This document shows, piece by piece, positions 25,515-34,844 of a stretch of 45,248 nucleotides of DNA. The stretch is from Felis catus (taxonomy: Eukaryota): positions 239,322,001-239,367,248 of the forward strand of contig NC_058368.1 in the NCBI RefSeq assembly GCF_018350175.1. The letters run 5' to 3'. Made by a program: the position numbers and the translations under genes. The notes beneath the pieces were generated by a model. That model saw nothing but the letters and a program-made list of their open reading frames with translations, ran no database searches and had not been told where the DNA came from. Numbering within the stretch: the first letter of the stretch is position 1; every line of letters begins with the position of its first letter.

Positions 25515-25765
25515 GGCGGACCCCTCCCCGCGGGGCGGACCCCTTCCCCTCCCCTCCCCTCCCCTCCCCGGAAAACCCCCCTCCTCTGCCTGGAGCAGAC
25601 ACCCCCCACCCCACCGCGGACCCCCTCCCCCTGCAGAGCCCCTCCCCGCGGGGCGGACCCCCTCCCCCTGCAGAGCCCCTCCCCGCGGGGCGGACCCCCT
25701 CCACCTGCGGACCCCCTCCCCCGGCAGACCCCCTCCCTGCGGGGCGGGCCCCCTTCCCTGGCCGA
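25515..25765. repeat. GC-rich VNTR, 37-bp unit CGGACCCCCTCCCCCTGCAGAGCCCCTCCCCGCGGGG
   Basis: Two exact tandem copies at ~25617-25690 with degenerate half-units on both sides; G-runs on the minus strand. Confidence 0.9.
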
Positions 25766-26560
25766 CCCTCTCCACTCCGAGGGTGGCGGAGGGGCCTGCG
25801 GGGCTGGGGAGCCGCTCTCACCTCCCGCAGGCGGACCCAAGGCACAAGTGCCCTCACCTGGGCGGCAGTGGGGGCGGGGGCGCGGGGCTCCTCCCTCCGA
25901 AGCGGGTGGGAGTGGGGGTGGCCGGGCGTTTGCTTTTACTTTTGTTCTCACAAAGCCTCGGGACCTGGAATAGTGTTCTCAGACCAGTGGCTGCATCGGA
26001 TTTCCCCCAGTGTAGACAGACTCGTACCTGATTTCCACTGGCATAGATGGACTAGCCTTCTCTTCCCGTCCAAGAGAACACATTGGCTGAGGGGATGCTC
26101 TCCCAGGGGAGCCGCATTGGAGTTGGGGGTGGGGGGTTGTCTCACACAAGAACCAGTCAGGTCTCTAACCCTGCACTGTGCCTTCACTGGAAACATGCGC
26201 ACTGGTTCATCCCACCCAATGCAGGACAAATGTGCTCATTTAGGGATAAAGTTCAGTTGTTCAGAGAAATGAGCAGCTTTGGAGGGAAAGGCTCCTGGAC
26301 ACAGGTTCCAGAATAAAGAAAGGTAACGAGGGCAGGGATGAGTTGCCCTCCCTCACCCATCACACTGGCCTTTTTGAATTCTTCTGATTGTCCCCTGCCT
26401 CAATCATCTTCTCTACCTCCTGGAACCTCCAGCCCTGTCTCAGTACTTGGGGACCTTTATCCCTAAAGCCCCCTAACCATCCCTGCCTCATCCTCCTCTC
26501 CCCTGCTCTCCTTGTGGGAGTCCTGCCCATGATGCTTCAGGAATAGGAGCCATGCTTTAT

Positions 26561-26614
26561 TATTATTTTAAACATTTATTCATTTATGAGAGACAGCACA
26601 AGCAGGGGAGGGGC

Positions 26615-26655
<41 letters not shown>

Positions 26656-26788
26656 TAGAATCCGAAGTAGGCTCCAGGGTCTGAGCTGTCAGCACAGAAC
26701 CCAATGCGGGGCTCCAACTCATGAGCTGTGAGATCATGACCTGAGCCTAAGTCAGACGCCCAACCGGCTGAGCCACCCTGGCGCCCCC
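26561..26788 (-). mobile_element. Can-SINE (SINEC_Fc), antisense, with GA/GACA microsatellite
   Basis: Ends in 'ctgagccaccctggcgccccc'; contains 'ctgagctgtcagcacaga'; TSD core CCATGCTTTAT at 26550 and 26795. Confidence 0.97.
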
Positions 26789-27154
26789 TAGGGACCATGC
26801 TTTATAAACCTGCGTGGTCCCAAAGCACCTGCCAGGACAGAGCTCTGGAGTGCTGACATGTCTCCAGAGCAGGCGACTTTGTCCCTGGTGAGCTCCTCCA
26901 GGATCCAGAAGCTGGCCTTAGGGGAGGTTGACAGTGCCCGGGATGCCTGGTCAGGGTGCAGCCCCAGAATCTCACTCTTACTGGAGGTTTTGGGGCCTAT
27001 CTGTGAAGCTCACTCTTCCACATCTGTTGTGCAAAAGGAAAGCAGAGCCCGCACAGGAACAGCCACAGTTTTTAAGAATCTGGTTCCTTCTTTGTTGTGT
27101 ATCCATAGAGTCAGGAGTGTTTTCTAAGTTTTTTCCAAAAATTCTGAGGTGGCT

Positions 27155-27800
27155 TGATTTATTCTCAAAGTACTCATGGATCACCTACTTTTGGTCAATC
27201 ATTGCATGGCCCAGTCAAGCCCCTGGGGGTCTGATATTCCATGGAGGGAGACAAACAATAAACCAATGAACGGAGAATAAAGCACAATAAAGCAGATGGT
27301 CCAGGTGAGAAGACTGTACGGGGACCAGAAGAGAGTGTGGGAGGGCTCTGCTTACTTCCATGTGTGCAAAGGCTCTGGGGTGGGAATGGTTCTGTGCGCT
27401 TGAGGAAGGAAGGCTTTGTACCGGGGAGCATGGTGAAGGGGGACAGATGCAAAGCAACTGAGACCGGAAATGCTGCAGAAATAAGTAGGTCATGATAATG
27501 GGCTTTGTTTTATTCTGAGTGTTGTGAGAAATCACTGTGGAGAGAATGTGGGAAGGAAGTGACGTTACCTGATTTTTATTGCAAACATGTCACCCTGGCT
27601 GCAGTGTGAAGACCACAGTGGTCAAGGCAGGGAGACCCATCAGGAAGCAACTGCCATAGCCTCAGTGAGAATGATGGGCTGGGTTGAGGTAGGAGTGACA
27701 GAGGTTGTGAGAAGTGGCTACAGTAAAGGCAGAGAGAGCTGGGAGGACAAGCTGACAGCCAGATCCCTGGGAAAGGAGTCAGGGAAAGAACAGCTGAGAT
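27155..27800 (-). mobile_element. LINE-2 fragment, resuming at ~28100-28240
   Basis: Antisense L2 motifs 'tcacctact', 'gggagacaaacaataaac', 'ttttattctgagtg', 'caccctggctgcagtgtgaaga', 'ggcagggagacc' and 'actggaggagaagcagg'. Confidence 0.75.
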
Positions 27801-27809
27801 GGACAGTGG

Positions 27810-28100
27810 CCTGTGCCGGCTACAACTAGCATACTCTCCTGCTTGCAGAAACCGGAGACTGCAAAACTACATGCCTCGGATCCCTTGCATCTGAGACTAC
27901 AGATGTGCCTGGTTTTGCTAATACATGCACCACATGACACGTGGAAGGAATCGCGGGAAGTGGTGTCTCTCATAGTGGATTGGCGGTAGAAGTGTTTGGT
28001 TCGCACAGGTGCTGTAATATGCCCAATATCTTATAATACATCCCTTGCCGCTTACATTAGCTACAGTAGATTCTAGTGCCTGTAGTTAAGAACCAGCACC
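27810..28100 (+). mobile_element. ERVL solo LTR (LTR16/LTR33-like) inserted in L2
   Basis: 'aactacatgcctcggatcccttgcatctgag' and the 3' end 'atacatcccttgccgcttacattagctacagtagattct...ttaagaacc' resemble LTR16/33 motifs. Confidence 0.6.
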
Positions 28101-28249
28101 AGAACAGCAATTCAAGGATTTGAGGCCTGATCAGCAGGTGGATGTTGGCCCCCTTGACTGAAGTGTGAGAGACTGGAGGAGAAGCAGGCTGGGGCGGAGA
28201 AGGCAAGTTGACATGGAGACATCTGTTAGATGTGTGGGATCCCAGAGCC

Positions 28250-30345
28250 AGATAAAAACATCACAAGAAAACTACAGACCAATATCCCCGATGAATGCTT
28301 GAAGACACGAATAACTTGAACAAAACTTTAGCAAATGGAAACCAACAGCATATTAGAAAGGTTACACACCATGAACAAGTGAGATTGATTCCAGAAACGC
28401 AAAGGTTCTCCACACCAGAAAAACCTATGGAGTGCGTCAGATGAACAGAACAATGACGGGGGCGGGGGGAGGGGGGAGATTATCTCAACTGACACAGAAA
28501 AGATAGTTGAAAAACTCCAACACCATTTCATGATAAAAACTCTCAGAGAACTTTGATTAGAGAGAAAAACCTCAACATGGTAAACGGTATTTATGGAAAA
28601 TCCAGTTAACATCATTTACAATGGTGAAAGACTGAAAGCTTTCTCCCTAAGCTCAGGAATAAGACAAGGATGCATGTTTTCGCTACTTCTATTCAACATT
28701 GTGCTGGAAGTTCTAGTCAGAGATGTTAGAGATAACAAAAGGAAATAAGAGGCATTGGAATTGGAAAGGAGGAGATAAAACTATATTTATAGTGACATGA
28801 TCCGGGAAAGTTATTTGAACAAATGGATGAGTTCAGCAAAGTTGCAGGGTACAAGATCAATACACACAAATCAGTTGTGTTTCTATACTCCAGCAATGAA
28901 TAATTTAAAAGGGAAATTAAGAAAATAGTTCCATTTATAATAGCACTTAAAAGAATTTAATACTTAGGACTAAATCTAATCAAGGATGGGCACCTAGGTA
29001 GCTCAGTTTGTCGAGTGCAGACTTTTGATCTACACTCAGGTCTTGATCTCTTGGGTCATGAGTTCAAGCCCCACCTTGGGCTCCACACCGGGCGTGAAGC
29101 CTACTTAAAATGTAATCAAGGCAGTGAAAAAGTTATATGCTGAAAACTACAAAACATTGCTGAAAGAAATTAGAGATGATCTAATTAATGGAAAGACATC
29201 TGCATGTTCCTGGATAGGAAGACTTAACTATATCAAGATGTCACTGCTACCCAAACTGATCTGCAGATTCAACACAATTCCTATTAAAATATCAACAGCC
29301 TTTTTTTTCTTAATGGGAAAGCGGATCCTCAAATTGCCATGAAATTGAAAGGGTCCCCTAATAACAAAAACAGTCTTGAAAAAAATAACAAAGTTGGAGG
29401 ACTCTCATTAATTTACTACAAAGCCACAGTAATTAAAACTCCTATGGTATGGTTCTGGCATAATGACATACGTATAGACCAATGGAATAGAAGAGAAACC
29501 CCAGAAGTAAACACCTGCATATATGATTAAATGACTTCCAACAAAGGTGACAAGAACATTCAATGGTAAAGGACAGTGTCTTCAACAAATGGTGCTGGTA
29601 AAACTGGACATCCACATACAAAAGAATGAAGTTGGACCCTTGCCACACGCCATATAAAAACTAACTAAAAATAGATCAAAGACCTAAATGTAGGAACTAA
29701 GGCTATGACATTTTCAGGAGAAAATGGGGATAAATCTTCATGAGCCAAAAACACAAGCTACATAAGAAAAAATACATAAATTGGACTCCATCAAAATTTG
29801 AAACTTTGGAACATTAAAGCACACTATGAAGAAAGTGAAGACAACCCACAGAATGGGAGAAACTATTTGAGAGTCATATATTCAATAAGGAGTCAGTATC
29901 CAGAGTATAGAAAGAACTCCACAAACTCAACAATAGGGACAAACAACCTAGGTAAACAACAGGCAAAGGAGTTAAATAGACATTTCTGCAAAGATACACA
30001 GAGGGTTAGTGAGCGCATGAAAAGATGCTCAACATCGTTAATCACTGGGGATATGTAAATCCAAACCACCGTGAGATACCACTTCATGATCACTAGGATG
30101 GCTATGAAAAGGAGAGGATGGGTAATAAATGGAGGTGAAGAATGGAGAGATTAGGCCCATTGCACATTGCTCTTGGAAATGTAAAGCACTTCAGCCTCTG
30201 TGGGGAAGGGCAATGTTCTGGAGCCAGATGGTGGTGATGGTTGTATCAGATGTAAATTTACTAAACATTACTGAATTGTACACTGTAAAGTTGCTGAAAC
30301 GGTGAATTTTATGTTATGTGAATTTTACCTCACTAAAACTAAATT
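28250..30345 (+). mobile_element. 5'-truncated old LINE-1 (L1MA/MB-like), ORF2 to 3' end, with internal deletions
   Basis: 'aactacagaccaatatcc', 'ggaataagacaaggatgc', peptide KLYAENYKTLLKEI...CSWIGRLN...[11 protein letters not shown], and 3' end 'gtgaattttatgttatgtgaattttacctc'. Confidence 0.95.
28988..29107 (+). mobile_element. Short older Can-SINE nested in L1
   Basis: 'gggcacctaggtagctcag...gagttcaagccccaccttgggctccac...gaagcctacttaaaa'; TSD aaat(c/g)taatcaagg at 28972 and 29108. Confidence 0.93.
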
Positions 30346-31250
30346 GCAAATAGAAGAACTGAACATGAAAAGCAAAACCTTAAAACTTAAAAAAAAGAGA
30401 AGATTAGGATGAAATTTGGATAGGGAAGTATTTCATAAATGCAATGCACGAAGCCTCGACTATGAACAAAATGATTGATATTTGACTACTTTAAAATTAA
30501 ATGTAAATTTCATATTGCTGGGTGATAAATTTGAAAGATAAGCCAGAAAATGGGGGATGAATCTGTTGTAGCCAACTAATGATCAGGATCCAGAACACAG
30601 AAAGAGTTCCTAAAAACTAAGAGAGAGAGAGAGAGAGTGAGAGGGAGAGAGAGAGAGTCAATCTAATGGAAAATTGGGCAAAGGTTAAGAATTGGCATTT
30701 CAAAAGATTAAACCCTAATGGTTAATGAACCAAAAATGCTCACACTTTCTAGTAATTAGGAAAATGCAAGTGTAGACAAACTCTCATGTTTGCCATTTAG
30801 CAAAGTAGTTACGGCCTAAAAATATGTAAAGTGAAAAATAGTGTTTATAAAATACAGTATCAAGCTAAAATATTTAATGTTTTAGAATACTAAGGTGTAA
30901 AAATCCCAAGTATTTGGTGTTTGCTGAGAGTGTTGATAGTGAACTACAGAGGATGTGGAAAAGAAACTTCACATTCAGGAAATCCCCCAAAGGCACACAC
31001 ACCTGACAGGAACACTTGCAATGTTCAGGGGCTCACGCAGTCCTCACTACGGCACTATCACGCCAGTGGCAGAGGCACCTTAAATGTCCATCAACATGGG
31101 AACAGAGAAGTAAATTGGGCGCTTACACAAAGGAGCACAACAGATTAAATGAATGAATACAGAGAAGCCTCCAAGGCCATGGTGAGTAAAAAAGACAGCA
31201 AGTTACAAATGGATCAGAATGGTGTGGGGTCATTTAGGTAAACCCAAAAC
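30345..31250 (+). mobile_element. Very old L1 (L1MC/ME-like) 3' fragments containing a (GA)n microsatellite at ~30620-30657
   Basis: 'gatatttgactactttaaaattaaa', 'ggaaaattgggcaaagg', 'agtaattaggaaaatgcaa' and 'aaatgtccatcaaca' are degenerate L1 3' motifs. Confidence 0.7.
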
Positions 31251-34084
31251 GCTCTGGATTATCAGCACATGCCCATGCTGTTACAGCATAAACTCGTGCA
31301 TGGGATGTCACACACAGGTTAACGTCTGGTCAGATCTCCCTGTGGCCCATGGCATCTGTAACGCCTTTTTTCCGTGTGGAATCTTGCCCAGTGAACCACA
31401 ACATCTGCAGCGAATCGTGGTGTCGGGGGTTCTGCTGTGGAAGCTCCAAGGGCTGGGCTCTTGACTCAAATTGGTTTTCAACTTCCAATTTTTATTGTAT
31501 TCCACAGTTGCTTCTGCTTTCACTTTAACGTTTAATCAGACATCACCTTGGGAAATATGCTGGCCACAGACAACAGTCATATGTGAAACAGCTGAATGGG
31601 CGTCCTGGTGAGGCAGGGTGGATGGAGCTTGTATCAAGAGAGAATTCCGTAAAGGAGCTGCCCTCTTTGTGCATCAGTGCAGTCGCAGCGCACCTACAGC
31701 AGAACACTATGCACCTACAGGGCGTGGTGGAAATACTCTGCAATGGAAGTTCCACTCACCGGCCAAAGGGAGGCCTGTGCAGGGGCCAGCTTGGGTGCTC
31801 TTTGTGGAGCAGCTGTGTGCACTGGGCGTAGCCTGAACAGGCCAGTCCCATCCTGATTCAGCCCTTGGTGCCTTCCCTCTGTCTCCCTTCTCTTTCAGGC
31901 TCTCTCACACTGCTGGCATTCTTCTCGCCCTCCCTTCCTGGCCTCAGACATCCTTTGCACTGGACCAGCTTGCCTTTGAATTTTTATCCTTTATCTCTCA
32001 AGAGAAAGGAAACGCAGGCCGCGGCAAGCAGAGGGAACTGTGTTTAGGAGTGGTATGGACACTGCTCATTCATTAACCCCACCAGAGCGGCCATGAAGTG
32101 TGCCTCCCAGGGAAGCAGCAAAGAGAGGAGGGACTTCTCTCTTCTGTACACCAGTTGCATTCTGGACACTGACGTGGACATGCACAGATGGCAAGCCCTG
32201 CTCTTAGAGGCCTCCTGTCCCAGTAACAGAGATAGCCCTAACCAAATGAAAGATGGGGGACAAGACGGGGAGAGCATGGCTGAGATCCAGCTGTAGATAT
32301 GTCAGGCTAAAGGAAGAGAGGAGCTCACTGCCCAGAGGTTAGAGGTCAGGCCCACTGCACAGAAGGAACAGCAGGCACAGCAGCCCTGAGGCAGGATGAA
32401 CACAGTGCATTCCAGGACTACAAAGGGGTGGTGTGGGGGGCAGGGGACATGGCCTGTGCGGCTTTGGGGCGTCCCTGGGGAGATGACCGTGGCTATGCAT
32501 TGGCTTTCTGTGGCAGGAAGAGGAAGTGTCTGGTGAGTGGGCAGGGGACCCCTGCTGACCGTGCCATGAGACTCCACCACTAAGGGTCAGGGCCCTGGTG
32601 GGCTGTGGGCCACAGCTGCATTTTGGCCTTTGCTGTTTGAGCATTTAGGTTCTGTTGTTTGAGCATTTAGAAGTCTTCAATAAAGAGATATTTTTGAGCA
32701 GGCTCTAAGACCCAAATTGGTTATGAATTCTGCCCTTCTTCGTTTACTTGTGTGTAGAACATTTTAACTGTTCATCCTTTTTATTTTACAGATACCACTT
32801 ATATTTAACATCTGGCTGGTTCATTTCATTTTATTTCAACCCATTGTTATTCCAATAAGTTATAGTAAAGTGACAGAAAATATTAGCTTTCCAGGTGAAT
32901 GTTTCCACAGTCAGAAAACAACAGAAAGTGGCCAAATGACTGTGGCTGCCCTCATGACATGGGAGCACAAGCACACTGTCCTCATTCCTGGAACAGGGTT
33001 TCTGCTTTGAATCTGTCCCTGTTCTTGATGCGGGCTGGCCAGCTGACCCCATCCACAGGTCATGGAGCACACTGGGAACAGTTCTGTTAGCTGAAAGGGC
33101 TTGTCTTCCAGACAGCCCCCTTCACAGCATACACGGAACGCTGAGCAGAAATCCTTATGTCCTAGGCTTCCCCACTATGCTTCTCAGAAAACTCTCCAAC
33201 ATTTCCTACTTTGAGGACAAAGTAGGAAAACAAAGACGACCAGCCACTACTTGTTTGAAGCAAAAGTAAAAGTTGTACTAAAGGAAAGAGCCACATGTTT
33301 GAAAGTTTTGCTGTAGTATTTAAATGTTTTTTTCTCAAATGATCGGCAGTTTGTATATAAATATGAAAACTCCAAGACCGTTGAGACAAAAATTTTTAAC
33401 ATCTTGAAAGTTTCTAATATGTTAATGTGCCAATTCTTTGGAGAAACAAAATTATACCCCTCTATCATACCAGGGCAATCATGGAGTGTATGAATTAAAA
33501 TTGTTTCCAGTTTAGAAATAGTCAAAATGAAATATAATGAGAGGGTTTAGAAAATCCACCTGTTGTAATCCTGCAAACCCATCACCCCCTCCAGGGAGCT
33601 CAGTGGGAGACGTGGGGACCTTCTGCTCACACTCATTCCATTGTACTCAGGATTTTACTCTGCTGGGGTTGAGCAGTGGTGCACAAAGGGAGACTCAGGC
33701 CCTCCCCTCCCACAGAGGCAAACATTCAGTCAGCCTTGGAATGTGAGTTATTTCAGAGCAGGGCCTCCTGTGTGTTACAGCACCCTGGGGAGGCCTGCCC
33801 CTGAGGACATGGAGAGCCCCTGCAGAGGTAAGCCACGGTGTGGGCTCGGAGGCTGCAGGCCTGAGCCACCAGACATCAGCCAGTCCTGGGCTTCAAGAAC
33901 ATCATGGAGGCTCCGAAATACAGAAAGTCCTGATGACCCACCTCCCACTCCTACAGAAGTTGCTTACTGCCCTTAAGTCAGGTCTGAGCCAGCTTTAGCT
34001 GCCTTTAGTGGAGGGTGGGGGGAGGAAACAAGTGGAAAGTCTCTCGGAGCTGCAGACCAGTCACTCTGTGCCCACAGGGACCTT

Positions 34085-34340
34085 GCGTTGTCGCTGCCTA
34101 CCCTCCACCCAACTCCTGCTCATTTGCAAATCTCAGCTGAAACCCCCCTCTGCCAAGCACCCCCACCTCTCTATTCATGCTGGGGCCCTTTCAAAGGCTC
34201 TCCCCACAGCCGTAGTTACCCTTGTCTGGTGCAACTTTGCATGTTACCCCTGTGGCTGTCACCTAACCTCTGCCTTCCCCACTAAGGCATTTGCTACAGG
34301 AGGGCTGCACCCATCCTCTGTCCCTTACAGGCACCTTTAG
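34085..34340 (+). mobile_element. Probable LINE-2 3' fragment about 300 bp from the telomere
   Basis: 'caactcctgctcatttgcaaatctcagctgaaac...' resembles the L2 motif 'aactcctactcatccttcaagtctcagctcaaa'. Confidence 0.45.
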
Positions 34341-34637
34341 TGAGGGAGAAAATGAAATCTTTGCTGTGTATTCCACGCATCACCTCGGTTCAGTGAAATA
34401 AACATACACTGATTGCTGAGCTCAGCCTGGGAGGAAGACAGTTGACACCATGTCTGAAAGAGGGACACCTCCCGGTGAAACGAAGTACAGTTAGTAAGGG
34501 TGGCAATGCATCCCAGATGGAAAGCTATGGTTAGGAGAACTGAAGACCTAGACTGGGTTGGCAGGAACCACCTTCATGTTCCCAAGGCCTGAACTCTGAA
34601 CGCAGGGTTGGCACTCAGACTTCTTCAGGGCCAGAAT

Positions 34638-34803
34638 GGGTTAGGGTTAGGGTTAGGGTTAGGGTTAGGGTTAGGGTTAGGGTTAGGGTTAGGGTTAGGG
34701 TTAGGTTTAGGGTTAGGGTTAGGGTTAGGGTTAGGGTTAGGGTTAGGGTTAGGGGTTAGGGTTAGGGTTAGGGTTAGGGTTAGGGTTAGGGTTAGGGTTA
34801 GGG

Positions 34804-34844
<41 letters not shown>

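Larger units (their letters stand above)
25000..25950. promoter_or_regulatory. CpG island promoter with multiple GC boxes (GGGGCGG)
   Basis: Sharp local rise in GC and CpG density against a CpG-depleted background; contains the Kozak ATG and the first splice donor. Confidence 0.92.

Noticed and set aside
25285..25951. 150-199 aa Gly/Arg/Pro-rich ORFs in three frames
   Set aside because: Expected from a GC-rich CpG island and VNTR. Only the 13-codon exon has supporting signals.
16500..29107. tRNA-like A/B box sequences
   Set aside because: They are the heads of tRNA-derived Can-SINEs, not tRNA genes.
18136..30093. Many short ORFs with reverse-transcriptase or L1 ORF2 similarity
   Set aside because: Fragments of dead L1 copies with stops and frameshifts; no intact element.
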